DNA of 64,000 nucleotides from Ministeria vibrans ATCC 50519 (Eukaryota; Protista; Filasterea), in NCBI GenBank assembly GCA_943704425.1, contig CALSCP010000382.1, positions 1-64,000 of the forward strand. The letters are read 5' to 3'. A program made the translations under genes and the position numbers. Under the pieces are notes generated by a model. It was given only the letters and a program-made list of their open reading frames with translations. It did not search any database and was not told the origin of the DNA. How positions within the stretch are numbered: the first letter of the stretch is position 1; every line of letters starts with the position of its first letter. Shown piece after piece: positions 1-13,602 of this stretch.

Positions 1-25
1 GAGAGAGAGAGAGAGAGAGAGAGAG

Positions 26-113
<88 letters not shown>

Positions 114-128
114 GAGAGAGAGAGAGAG
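1..128. repeat. Compound (GA)n/(GT)n microsatellite
   Basis: Direct dinucleotide runs; they produce the spurious CV-repeat ORF 28..291. Confidence 0.95.
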
Positions 129-379
129 TCACACACCGATGTGTTATGTGTTGTGCATAGTACGTGTTTTGGGGGGCAATCGAAAGGGCGTTGAGGAGCG
201 GCGAGAGTGGGACACTGCAGAGATAAGACCGACAAAGAAAGAAGGCTCTGATTCGTTTGAGATCACGAGAGGAGCGAAGGGCATGAAGTAGAAGGAAAAA
301 GTTTTAGTCATTGTCCAATGTCCATTGCAAACTGAAATATTTTTACACAATACATTTTTATACTTTTCTCGTTTGCGTC

Positions 380-2735
380 ATGAGCGCCTTTGAAGGTTCG
401 CGTCTTCGTCGATGGACTCGTGTTTGCAATACTAATGATGCGTCCTTGGCTGCCTTCAGAGTTCGGCGTCATGCCTGAGATCATTCGCGCGGTCGAGGAC
501 CTGGACTGGCAGCTGCCGACGGACGTCCAGGCCGAGGCCATCCCGCTCATCCTGGGCGGCGGCGACGTCCTCATGGCTGCCGAAACGGGAAGTGGCAAGA
601 CTGGGGTAGGCACAGGTTTTTACAGCGGATTGCACAATTTCCCTCATTTTCCTTCTCTCCTCCTCCTCCTCCTCTTGCGCGCCAGGCATTCAGCTTGCCC
701 GTCCTTCAGATTGTCCACGAGACACTCCGAAGCGAGGCTGTGGCCAGCGCCAAGGCGGAGGCCGGCGCAGCCTCAGCATCGGCGAGTCAGTCGTTGTCGC
801 GCGAGCCGGTCGTTATGAATCTCGACGATCGCGACTCGCAGCTCGCCATCGACGCGACCGGGCTGCTCTGCCAGAGTCGCGACGGAAAAATGTGGCAAGG
901 AGCACGCGCGAGCCAAGGTCTCGTCAAGGGCAAGTACTACTACGAGGCGACCGTCACCGACGAAGGACTCTGTCGCGTTGGCTGGAGCGCGACAGTGGCC
1001 AAGTTGGACCTGGGCACCGACAAGTTTGTATGCAACTGCCGCTGTCATTGCCTCAATTCTCAAATTGTATACTCGTTTACCCCTCCTTTCTTAGGGTTAC
1101 GGCTTTGGGGGTACCGGCAAAAAGTCCAACGACCGTCAGTTTGTCGAGTACGGCGAGGCGTTTGGTCTCAACGATGTCATCTCGTGTGTGCTCGACTTGG
1201 ATAGTCGCATCCTGAGCTTTGCCAAGAATGGCAAGGATCTTGGCGCCGCCTTCTCTCTGCCCAACAACAACATGGCCTTGTACCCTGCGGTAGTCTTGAA
1301 AAACGCGGAAATGCGCTTCAACTTTGGCGCGTCGCCCTTCCTGCACGGCCCACCCGCTGGCTTCGCCGCCGTCAACGACTACGAGCTTGCCCACGCCGCC
1401 TCCGTCGACGCCGCTTCTTCATCGTCCGCCTCGTCAACCGCTCGCTCTCCCATTGCTCTTATTTTGGAGCCGTCTCAGGAACTCGCTCGTCAAACATACG
1501 AGCAGATTCGCATCTTCAAAAAGGTCTTCAAAAAGGCCATTAACTTTTTTTTTTTTTTTTTTTTTTTTTTTGCCCAGTCCTGTAATTTCTGTTCTGCACT
1601 TACGCATTATTGTTTTTTTGTTGTTGTTGTTAGTTCTTGCAATCGGACGTGCGAGTGTCACTGTTTACGGGCGGCGGAAAAGACAACACCAAGACGCAGT
1701 TCCGTGAGCTTGCGGGTGGCGTTGACATTGCTGTGGGTACGCCCGGGACAGTCAAGTCGCTCACGGAGACGAGCAAAATGAGTCTGAAGCGTGTGCGGTT
1801 TCTGGTGCTTGACGAAGCTGATGGGCTGCTAGCCAATGGCGAAAAGGACCTGATCCATAAGTTGTACCAGGGCTGTCCCAAGGCGAGTCCAGATGGGCGC
1901 CGACTGCAGATGATTGTGTGCTCGGCGACGCTGCACGCCAACGAGGTGCGCTCTCTTGCCGAGGCCCTTATGCACTTCCCCACCTGGATTGATTTGAAAG
2001 GGCGCGATGTGGTGCCCGAGACAGTTCACCAGGTGTGTGTGCGCATCGACCCGGCGGGCGTTCATGCCGAGACCAACAGTGCGCTCGAGGGCGCTCAAGT
2101 GCCCCCGCTCGATGGCGTCCACTCCCGCGACTCCTGCACCCCTAACTCCTCCGATGGGCTGAGCAATGCCGTCAAGCGGCTCAAGCCCGGCTTCATCAAG
2201 CGTCTCATTGATTCCTTCAACATGGATCAGGTATTGTTTTTTTTTTCACTGTCGTGTTTCTTTCACTCAATGTTTCTCTCTCTTCTTTTCACACTTTGTT
2301 TTTTTCTCCTATATCTATCTCTCCTTCTTACTTCCTCTCTGTTCAGGCAATCATTTTCTGTCGAACGCGACTCGACTGCGACAACCTGAAGACGTACCTG
2401 ATGCGCGAGGGAGGGGGTGACAGCATTACCGCCGCGTACCCCTGCTACTGCCTGCACTCGCGTGTGGGACCCGATCGCGAACGCAATCTGCAGGCGTTCA
2501 AGGATGGCGAGGTGCGTTTCCTCATCTGCACCGACGTGGCCGCGCGTGGCATTGATGTCCGCGGTCTCCCCTATGTCATCAACGCGACACTGCCTGACAA
2601 CCCCGCCGACTACATCCATCGCATTGGGCGCGTGGGGCGTGCCGACCGTATGGGCCTCGCCATCTCCCTTGTCGCCACGGTTTCCGAGAAGGTATTTGCT
2701 TCCCTTCTTCGCGTCTTTGTACCATAATTAGTGTT

Positions 2736-2807
<72 letters not shown>

Positions 2808-3275
2808 ATCATTTTTCTTTCTTTCTTTCACCACTCTTTTGTTTCTCTCTCCGTCACCGTTCTCTTTGCTATACCACTATGTTTCTTTCTCTCTCTCTCT
2901 TGATGGCTCTTTTTCTAATTATATTGTTCATTGTAGGTGTGGTACCACAAATGTCAGAACGACAAGAAGTGCCACAACACCAACGACATTTCACGTTCAG
3001 GCTGCACTATTATGTACGACGAGCCTGAGCTGTGGAGCGCCATCCAGACACACACGGGTGAGACTATCACGGAGCTCAACGACGACCTGACGGCCCCCAC
3101 TACGCTCGTCGATGGCAACGTCGTGTACGGCGGCAAGCGCAGTGCCGCGTCCGCCGAGCAGGCGTACGAGAACCATGTCGAGCTGCTCGCTCCGTCCGTC
3201 AAGGAGCTTGCCATGCTTGAGGCGACATCTCAGCATCACTTCTGGGACCTGAAGGCAAAGCAGTGGCAGATGTGA
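380..3275 (+). CDS. DDX1: ATP-dependent RNA helicase DDX1 (DEAD-box with SPRY insertion), multi-exon
   Basis: Spliced start MSAFE|[49 protein letters not shown]; SPRY segment ([20 protein letters not shown]); [39 protein letters not shown]; DDX1-type WYHKC tail; TGA at 3273-3275. Confidence 0.95.
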
Positions 3276-3465
3276 ACGATCTGCCTCCCTTTGTTCAGCC
3301 GTTCAACCCATTGATTGTAGAGGAACCTTTTTCAAATGCCTTTTTTTTACTTTAGATTGATAATAATCATTACGTCTTTTCATTTTGTTATTAGGAATTG
3401 ATATGGAACATCACACATAGAGGAAGGGGGGAGGGAGGAAAGAAAGAAAGACGAAGCGTATAGTC

Positions 3466-4354
3466 TCATCTCCGTCTGGATGATGAGCGTGACGAGTAAT
3501 GGTCATCATCGCGAGGTGGGCGGTCGCGGTCCCTGTCACGGTCACGCGAGTGCTCACGCTCGCGCTCCCGTCGCTCGTAGTCACGCTCTCGTTCTCGCGT
3601 GTGCTCTCGCTCTCGGTCCTTGCCGCTACTGGTTCGCTCACGGTCCCGCTCTGCCAATCTATATCGTTGTTCAAAATAGTGAGTTCCTTTGTTCTTCTCT
3701 CTCGCTTTGTCCCTTTCTCTCCATCTATCACTTGGTTCTTTTCTCTATCTATCGCTTTGTTTCTTTCTTCCTCCTCTATTTTTTTCTCTCTCTATGTGCT
3801 AACCTATCATCTGCGCGCCGTGATCGCTGCAAAAAAGAAAGATACATCACAAATGAGTACAAAGGAAAACCACAATGTAAAATAATACGATATACGATAC
3901 AACAAGGCGTACATCATCAAAAGGACGGTCTGTGTGAATGGAGGGGGAGGGGTGGTGCACAGCGGCAGCGGCAGCCGCAGAGGCCGCGTGTGCATTGACA
4001 GCGACGGCAAGCGACGCAGCGGCCGTCGCTGCTGCATTGCGCTGCCGCTGTAGTCGCTGCTTCTCCGAGTAGATGTGCCACGTGAGCTCATTAAAACCAT
4101 ACTGTAAAAAAAGTGGTTGACAATTTATATTAAGGGTTAAGAATGTGATGCACTAATTCTCAGGTTATTGTTATCCTCTCAATTTGTTTCTTTCTTCGTT
4201 TTTCTTAATTGTTTCTTCCTCTCTCTCTATCACTTTGTATCTTTCTCTCCCTCTCTATCACTTTGTATCTTTCTCTCTCTTTCTCTCTCGATCCTTTGTT
4301 TCTTTCTCCCTCCTTTCCCTCTCTTTATATCACTTTGTTTCTTTCTCTCTCCCT

Positions 4355-4393
<39 letters not shown>

Positions 4394-5215
4394 CCTCCCC
4401 AGTTTCTCTCTTACGTTGAAGTAGTCTGTGACATCAGCACCAGTCTGGCGCCATGGCTTGTCGCTGGTGTCAAAGTTGAACTCAAAGATGGACTTGCCTT
4501 GAAACAGGGGCACCGAGTCCATGCCAGAGATGGCCGCTGCGATGGCCTCGTTGCCGCCGGGAAGCGTCGACAGAGGCTGGTTGGTGGTCGGCGCCGTGCT
4601 GTTGGGCGCTGCCTGTGCGCCAGCAGCCGATGCGCCCGCACTGTTGTTGAATCCACCCAACAGGGCATTCTTCGCGTCGGTCGCAGCGACACCCGCAGTC
4701 GCCGTCGACGGCTGCGGCTGCCCGGGTGCCGTCGACGTGCTCGATGGAGTCACGGACGGCGCAATGTTGGTTGCCATCACGTTCGCCTGGTTCAGATCAA
4801 TGGCAAGTCCTTTGGAGATGTTGATTTGCACGTCGTCGTCCGAATCGTCGTCCGAATCGTCGTCCGAATCGTCCCCGCCGCCCCCGCCTTCGCCACTGCC
4901 GCCCTTCTCCGCGCCCTCCTCGTCTCCAAGGCCTGCACAGGCGATGCACACGGCGTGCGAGTGAGTGTATGACGAGACATGTTGCAAAAAGTGCCCAACG
5001 TTTTAAATCGTACCTGCTGCCGCCGCTACGTCCGCCGCCTCCTGTCCCTACGCTCACCCATCCATGTGTGAGATTCAAGCAGCGCAGAAGGCGAGATGAC
5101 GCCTGCAGGACAGTCTTTGCATTACCTGGTTTGCAGTCTGTCCCTCTGCGCTCTCAGCCGTCGCCTCGCTGTCGCCATACAGCATGGCGTCCACATCGTC
5201 CTCATCGTCAGCCAT
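3466..5215 (-). CDS. FIP1: Pre-mRNA 3'-end processing factor FIP1, multi-exon
   Basis: Acidic start MADDEDDVDAMLYGD; Fip1 motif FDTSDKPWRQTGADVTDYFN|YGFNELTWHIY split by an intron; RE/RD-rich C-terminus at 3466-3657. Confidence 0.9.
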
Positions 5216-5428
5216 GTTGAATAAAATAAAAATAAAAATGTGAGTGATCAGTGAACCAACGAGTGTCGTCGGACGAGTGTTAACGTTTCACTTCGATTCA
5301 GATCCATTGTTTGAATAAGTGTCCAGACACTACTCACTCAAGAGTCAACACTCAACACTAAGTCAGCTACATTCTGTTTCCTCGGTGCCTGTCCGCCATC
5401 CCCGTCAAATAGCACCCCCCCTTCAACC

Positions 5429-6970
5429 ATGTTAAACGTGCAAACAAAGGCTCGTGAGCTCCTCTCAAGTATTTTTTTTTTTTTTTTTTTTGAAAACACT
5501 CATCCGATTGTTCAATGGAAATGCTCGGCACAGCAATGAGCGTGCCGGTGCGTGCGCTTGTCCTCACAGTTGCGATCACGTCGAGCGTGTGTCTGGCGGT
5601 CCCCTCGGTGGCGTCGTTCCTCGTCATGACGCCGACGTATGTGCTGTCGCGCTTCTACATCCACACCATTGTGACGGGCTGCTTTGTGGAGGCCAATGCG
5701 GTCGCCGTGCTCGTCCACACCGCCGTGGTCGTCTTCTATGCCCCCTTCATCGAGCCGCTCTGGTCCCAGCGTGAGTTCCTGCGCTTCCTGTCCGTCACAG
5801 CACTCGTCTCAATGGTGCTCACTCTCTTCCTGTCCATCTTCATCTACGCTCTCTCCGCCACCGAATCCCTTCTGTACGAAATCTCCATTTCGAAGACTGT
5901 ATTTGTTTGTATATATCTGTCTGTGTATATTGTGTGTATGTGTGTGTGTGTGTGTTTGTCTGTGTGTGTATGTGTGTGTGTGTCCTACCTAAAAGGATAC
6001 TACTTCTCTTGGACAGGTTTCGCCCGCAAGGAGGTCTGTCCGCCGTGATTGCTGGCATCTTTGTTGCCATGAAACAGCTCGCGCCCGAGCGACAGCTCAG
6101 CATCCTTGGGTTGGTTCCGCTGCGTGCAAAGGTTTCGCAACATACTCACAGAACAAACATGGTCGCTGTACTGCTGTACTGATGCACCTCGCCAATACCC
6201 ACTGTAGAACCTCGGCTCGAGCGTGGCGGTACTGGTGATCATCTTGTGCATCGTGCAGCTGATTCCGCTGATGCAGTGCATGCTTTACTGCATTGGTCTG
6301 TTTGTCTCGTGGTGCTACTTGCGCTTCTACCAGGTACTCACCAAGATGATTGTATTTATTGGGAGTTGTGGTTTGTCCGTCCTTTAATCTCAACTCGTCG
6401 TTGTGCAGAAAAACGAGGCGGGTCTGCGTGGCGATCCCGCACCTTCATTTGCCTTTGCGACTTTCTTTGTGGAAGCACTACAGTAAGTGCCACAGGCGCG
6501 TTGTATTGCGGACAAGACAGACACACACTCTCACGCTCATTCACTTTTTCTTTCAATGGCGTAGGGCTCCCGTTGCCATGGCGTGCGATGTCGTGTACAA
6601 GGGGGCATGCCGCATTCGACTCGTGCCCGAGCTGCGAGCCGCGCAATCACTGCCCACGCATCAGCCCAGCTCAAGTAGTGTCAACAAGGCGCGTGCACTT
6701 CCACCCGCAACCGCAGCCAAGACCACCGACCGCATTGGCAACACTTCCTTCGCCGACGTGGGTCTGTCCGACGTGGCCGAGGACGGGAGACCCCTGAGCG
6801 ATGCAGAAAGACGTCGTCTGCTTGCCCTGCGTGCCCTCGATCGTCGCCTGGGCAACCTCCCCTCATCCACTGTCACCTCGCCGTCCTCCTCCTCCTCTGC
6901 CGCCTCGTCTCAACCAACTTCTATCTCTAACCCTTCTCCTCCTGCTCCCTCCTCGTCCTCAGACGCCTAG
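5429..6970 (+). CDS. TMEM115: Transmembrane protein 115 (rhomboid-like, DUF1751), multi-exon
   Basis: IEPLWSQREFLRFL, GIFVAMKQLAPE, VSWCYLRFYQ, GLRGDPAPSFAFATFF and C-terminal DAERRRLLALRALDRRL match TMEM115. Start codon uncertain (5429 via a short first exon, or 5515). Confidence 0.85.
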
Positions 6971-7146
6971 CGCTTCTCCTTTTGTTTTCGACTCTGTAGT
7001 TCATTAAATTATATCTTTTCTGTTCACAACTGAAGTTTTAACTGTTCGAGTTTCCCTGGCGAGCGTAATGATTTTTTTTTGTTTTTATTTCCATATAACG
7101 TAGAGATTGGTATTTGGAAGGAATCATCGCGCGTGCGAGCAGAGCT

Positions 7147-7195
7147 CTAACTAATAAAATAATAATAATTAATAATTAATAATAATAACAATAAT

Positions 7196-7248
<53 letters not shown>

Positions 7249-7269
7249 GAATAATAATAATAAGAATAA

Positions 7270-7324
<55 letters not shown>

Positions 7325-7330
7325 AATAAA
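7147..7330. repeat. (AAT)n intergenic microsatellite
   Basis: Imperfect AAT run; source of the poly-L and poly-Y ORFs. Confidence 0.95.
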
Positions 7331-7440
7331 GAAAAATAAATAGACAATCGAGAGCTGTACTCAATGTCAAAACGAGACAGTATGCAAACAAAGAGCTGCA
7401 CAATACTTCCTTTATTATATTTTATATTTTATTGTGTTTT

Positions 7441-9562
7441 TCATGTCCACAACTTCAAATTGAACGAATCGACGACCGTTCCATTGCCCGACACCACAAA
7501 GTCACACGAAAAGTCGGTTGCGTTCGCTGTGCACTGGTGGAACCCCGCAAGTGACATCTAAGTGCCACCACACAAGGTCAGTCCCCCCTGTCCAATCACT
7601 CAGTATAATGTGTTTTTCCTTACGCGCGCTCGCGACCACGCTGGCGCGGGATTCAAAAAATTGGTGTCCAGACGCTCCTTGTTTCCTCCAGCCTACAACA
7701 CCAAGTAAAGTTAGACATCCCGTGTCAGACACGCGCCTTGTCACTTTTTGATGAATACCCCCGACAGAATGTGGATGGTGCCCTTGGGCTGTGCAAGCGA
7801 ACCCGACAGAACTCCATTGCTAGTGAGGGGCAGTGTGCGTTCGCTGTGATGCACGTGCGCTCCAAAGAACACATTGACGTGGAACCGCTCAAAGAGCGGC
7901 TCCAGATTCTTGCGCAGACCGGCCGCCTCGGCCTCGCAGGCCTTCTGGTGAGAGGCACAGTAGAGCGGACGATGCGCCATGACGATGATCCAGGGCCGCA
8001 CAGCACGCGCGTGGGCCGTCGTTGCCTGCGTCAAATCACGCACAAGCCACTCGTACTGTTCAGAGGAGGGAGGGAAGTCTGAGAAGGAAGGGAGAAATAG
8101 ATACTAATGAGAGGCACCCACGAACAGGAATAACCGTTGGTTCGTACAAAAGGGATCAAGGCCATCGGGACCCTCGGAGCGCAGTGCAACAAAGTGGACG
8201 GGTCCTGAGTTCCACGAGTAGTACATGCCGGAGCTGTTGGCTTGTGCGGTGGGCATGACAAAGCGAGCGCGGTACGACGCAAAGTTGAAGAAGCCCTCAT
8301 GATTGCCGGGCAGTGTCATGTACGGTGTGAAGGCCACGGCAGTCGCCACCTTGCGCATCCACACGTCCCACAGCGGCTGAAATCCATCCGCATACGACAG
8401 ATCGCCGATATGGATGATCTTGTCGACCTGCCGTCCCTGCGACAGTGCCGCCAGGCGAAACGCCGTCATGTCGCCCATATCGGATGCACCCGCATCGCCC
8501 AGCAGCGCAAATGAAATGCTTCTTGTCGATTCTTCGTTGGGCCCAATGAAGTTCATGGCTTCGTTTTCAGACCTACGCACACCAACAAGAACACTCTAAA
8601 TGAAATGTTCCCTCACTACGCCGTCCTTTCTACCACTGTGGCTTGTTCCAGTATCCCACAGCCTGGGCACTGCCCACCCGGTAGTAGTACTTGACACCTG
8701 CCGTCAGGCCTGTCACAACCGCCTCGTGTAGCGACCCCAACCACCCGCCTTTGGTGTACGTCGACTGGCGTATACAATGCACAGCGAGATGCATGTGTCA
8801 ATCGAAAATGGACTGCACACCGCCGACACCCTCCCCTTAAAACTTACCTGCGTCCCTTCAACCGTGTGTTCCCACACGTCGTGGTTCTCCCAACCATTCG
8901 TTGTGCCCCACTGGACTGTTGAATCGGGTGTTTCCTGCAGCGTCGTCCACATAATGCGCATCTCTCCGTCGCGTCCTGTCAGTGCAATGTGCACTTGTTC
9001 GGGCGTATAAGGACTGAAAGAGAGTGAGCACAACAGCGAGCGGCCCTACGCCATGCGTGTCTCCTTACGTCATGCAGCACTCAAACGTACACATGCCGCC
9101 CATCATTCCGCACAGTGCGCGGGGACTGAACAAACCAAAACAGCAAAGAGAGAACAATAATGACATTGAGTACAGCTCCCGATTCATATTCCCACGTCTC
9201 ACCTGTACTTGACGAGAACTCCTGTGTCCTCTTGCACAATGAGGGGTCCTAGGGAGTCCACGCCCGAGCGGCACGCTTCCTTGAGCGCTCCAGGAAGGTC
9301 GTCACACACTTTGTTGAGCGCATCCTCAATCTACAGAAGCAGGTTACGCCCGCGCACGCTCGGCGGCGAACCACCTCCTCGTGCTGCTGCTGCAGCGCAC
9401 CTTGTGGATGGTAGAGTTCGATTCAAGCTCGGGCAGGAGTCGCGCGATCTCATCGACACACAGTGCACACGCCCAGCCGCCTTCGGAGAGACTGTGCGCG
9501 TCCACACGCGCGCCGATCACCGCCATTATACATACGCTGATGGCTAGTGGCGTCAACTGCAT
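7441..9562 (-). CDS. Secreted purple acid phosphatase with N-terminal saposin B-like domain, multi-exon
   Basis: Signal peptide MQLTPLAISVCIMAVIGARVDA; six-Cys saposin pattern; PEQVHIAL FN3-type PAP N-domain; metal motifs GDAG, GDLSY, GNHE, VMAH, AHVH; C-terminus GAGGNKE...VVDSFNLKLWT*. Confidence 0.85.
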
Positions 9563-9699
9563 CTTGACAATGATTAATTTTATTTTCATTTTCATTTTCA
9601 TTTTCATTGACACGAACTGATCACTACTAATTCGTCGAATCGTCTCCAGTCTCCTTCGCTCTACAATCTAAAATTCTAAATCTACTTTTTTTTTTTTAC

Positions 9700-12600
9700 A
9701 TGTTGCGCATTGCACTTGTGGCGTTGTTTGTGCTGGGGTCGCACGCGGCGCGATCGCAGTTTGCGGCGATGTCGGACGACGAGGTGGACAAGCTGGCGGA
9801 ACAGTGGCAAGACGAAGAGGAGAAGGCGGAGATTGCAGCGGAGCGCGAGAAGGTGCGTCGCCCCTTACCCTCCCGCCATGTGTTGCTGTCAACCCCCGTT
9901 GTGATGCGTGCTCAAGAAGCCCCTCTCGTGGACTGCTGAGCGTTTTCTGCCCGAAAATTCTCCCTGATTCTTTTTCTTCTTTTCTCTTTTTTTTTGCCTT
10001 TTCGCCGTAGATGATGAACAAGGCGCCTGGCGACAACGGCCTCATGATCATTTCGCTCGAGGGGCTGACCAAGGTGCCCTTTTTACGCGAGCCCGGCGAA
10101 CTGTTGTCTAATGACTGTTCTCTCTTTATCACTTTGTTTCTCTCTCTATCACTTTGTTTCTCTCTCTATCACTTTGTTTCTCTCTCTATCACTTTGTTTC
10201 TCTCTCTATCACTTTGTTTCTCTCTCTATCACTTTGNNNNNNNNNTTCTGACGCTCATGCTGGGTTGGGGCTGTGTAGCAAAGCACGAGAGTGTACTCTC
10301 TCTATCACTTTTGTTTCCTTTTCTCTTTCTTTCTCCAGGTTGCTTGCGCTGCTCTGGACGTGTTTGAAGAGGAGCCGCCCAAGAACCGTGCACTCATCAC
10401 GCACGCTAACCTCATTTCGACGCCCCATCTGGGCGCATCGACGCGCGAGGCACAGGTCAAGGTCGCCGAGGAGATTGCCGACCAGATCGTTGCCGCCAAG
10501 AAGGGCGAGGCCATCCAGGGCGTCGTTAACGCGCCGGCTCTTGTCAACGCCATGAAGGAGAGCCTTCAGCCGTGGGTAAGTTGTTGCCTTTTTTTTTTTG
10601 TTGCATTGTTGTTGTTTGTGCGCGCTCGCGCTCACTGTGCACACCACTCACTCATTGTTTGTGTGTGTCATTATCGTTACTAGGTCAACCTTGCCATGCG
10701 TCTGGGCATGCTTGCCGCACAACTGTTGGGCGGAGATGCCTTTGGCGAGCAGAGTGTGTCGCACTCGCTGAGTAAACTGACGGTGCGCGTGCAGGGCAAG
10801 TCTCTGCAAGCGGCGGCGTCGACGCTCGTCAACGCAGCACTTGTGGGCATGCTCAACACACTCCACAGCAACGACACCAACCTGGTCAACGCGCCGTCCG
10901 TCGCTGAGCAGGTCGGCCTCAATGTCGTCGAGGAGCGCAGCAACAACGTCCACTCCAGCTACGTCAACGCACTGGCGCTCGTCTACGAGACAGACGCGAA
11001 CACCAAGAGCGAGTACATTGGCACTGTCTTTGGCAGCGACCGTATCCGCCTCGTCACAGTCGACGGCCATGGCTTTGAGATCTTCCCTGCAGGCAACCTT
11101 GTCTTCTACTCCAACGAGGACAAGCCCGGTGTCCTCGCCGCCGTTTCATCGCTCTTTGCCAAGGCCAACGTCAATATCAGCGACTTCAACATGTCCCACC
11201 AGGACGATGGGGTAAGGGCCACACTCTACATATACAGCCACCTCTTTTCACACTCCTTCGTTCTGTTTTTCAGCCCTCCCTGACCATCCTCAACACCGAC
11301 GACTCTGTTCCTGACGAGACTCTCGAGAAGCTCCGTGCAATCAACTTTGTCAAGCACGTCCGTCGCGGTACGCCCAGACCTCTTTTTATATATACACTGT
11401 GATGCCGCTAAGTTATTGTTTCTTGTGTGTGTGTGTGTTTCATTATATTTTAGTCGTGTTGCCGCACAAGATCAAGCCAGCATTTTGAGGTGTGTGTTGT
11501 AAAATGAAGCTTTAAGAGCAACCCAGCCGCCAAAACGTTTGTCACAGTTATCCTGGTCATTGCGTTAAAGTCATGTCGTTGATTTTTCTTTTTTTTTTTC
11601 CTTTTCGGAAGTTGAGTATTGACTCATCAACTGCGAAAAAAAACTGATACAGTATTTCACTCACATTAGAGCAATAGTTAGTTCTTAGCATTCTTTTTTG
11701 TATGAGTCTTGCTGAGAAAGTTGAAGAATATGACACACGTGCGCGTGTTTTGCGAGAGCAGGGCGACACAAGAGGCGCCGAGGAGGCGCATCGTGCGGCG
11801 GCCTGTGCAATCTCCGAAATGGCCACACAAACTACCGATCGAACTGTACTGCGCGCCCTTCAAGTTCAGCGCGCCGACCACGAACGACGTGCCGACGACA
11901 TGAGACGTGCGTCCGCCGCCAAAGCCATCGCCCCACAGCCGCCTGCGAGTTCCGCGACAACTCGTTCGACCCGTCCGCGTTCCTCCGTCTTGGCAACGTC
12001 TCCTGCCAAGTCTGCTGCGCCCGCTTCCGCCCCACCCACGCGAGAGAAGACTGTGGTGGCCGAACAACCACCTGCACTTGCTGCGGACGAGACCACAGGC
12101 GTCTTTGAGGGAGTGTGGGAATCGTTTGAGGCACTTTTCAAAGCTGCGTTTGCCACAACGAAAACGACGGGTTCTGCCGCTACGACGACGACTTCTACTG
12201 CTGCTGGCGGCAGTAGGACCAGTAGCAGGAGTAGCCGCGGCGGTGGCGGCGGCGGTGGTGGTGGAGAGCGCATGAGTTTGCGCGAGCTGTATGCACACGG
12301 TGGACGTGGGCGTCTTTCGAGTGACGCGTTGCCAGCGCCACGCCAACTGTCGACGCGTGTCGAAGACGACTTTCTCGTCGTCAGCTCTATTGGAGGACCC
12401 TCTTCGACTGGTGTCGCCGCTACAACGGCCCCGTCGCCCACCAAACAACAACAACAACAACAGCGAAAGATGGACGATGTGGCAGAAGAGAATTTGATGC
12501 TCCGCGAGCAACTGCGTTTGGCGCAGGAGGAGCTAGTGCGACTACGCGAACAGGCAGAAGCATCCGATACACTACGACAGTCAATTGCAACCTTTCGACG

Positions 12601-13525
12601 GGGTCTGGTGCGGGCTTCGGAGCGCGTCAAGGGCGACCAGCGCCTCAAGGCATCGCTGGCACAGAGTTTTCTTGAGAAAGTGTCGGAGCGAGCAGGCGGC
12701 CAGAGAGAGCGTGATGCAGCGGAAGAGACCAGAAGGAAAGGAGGGCGTGCTCATGATGCTGATGATGATAATGATGGTGGTGATGAAAGCGACGAAACAC
12801 AGGTCATTGCTGAGTTGCGTCGGGAGAACACACGACTGCGCGAGGAGAACGCGAAGCAGAAGCGTCGGTGGGAGCAGCTCAAGCAGACAGCACGGCTGCG
12901 TCGCCAGCAGCATGAAACGAGCGTGGCGAAGAAGCAGGAAGCGCTCGCGCAACAGACTGAACACATCACTGAGTTGGAGAATTCCATTGATCTTGCAGGT
13001 AATAATACCATCTGTTCCGCCCTGCATCAAAGAAGTGACCTCGCTCATTCGTTTTCTTTTTTTTTTGTAGGTGAACCGCCCGTTCGAATGCCGTTTTGGG
13101 GCGACGCAGAGCGACGAACGCAGCAAGAATTACTGGACGACGGCGTCGAGCACTCGACTCGCTCTCTTTTCTACTCGTCTTCCAGCACTTCAAGCGTTGT
13201 TGAATAAAATAATAAGAACCCGTCATAACTTTTTTTTTGTACATCCACTGCGTGATCTCTTTCTCTTACGGCACTGTGAGCTGCATGTGGTTGGGCTGGA
13301 GACGACTGTCTCTCTGGCGGGGAACCGCCACACAAGTTCGATCTGTCTCGTTCACTCCCGCCCGTTTCAAGCGTCGTCCCGGCGCAGTTGTGGCGCGCGA
13401 GCCCACACCACCGACATCTAGCACGTCGGATTCCGTCGACGAGACGCCGCTGTGGATGCAAACGCAAACCAAAGACACAATGGGACACGGTAGGAATAAC
13501 GTTTCGTTCCCTGTCATTTCACCTG

Positions 13526-13602
<77 letters not shown>

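Noticed and set aside
10339-11488. PHGDH as a pseudogene or stand-alone ASB-ACT protein
   Set aside because: Frame and splice sites are intact and the truncation coincides with an N-gap, so missing assembly is the simpler explanation.
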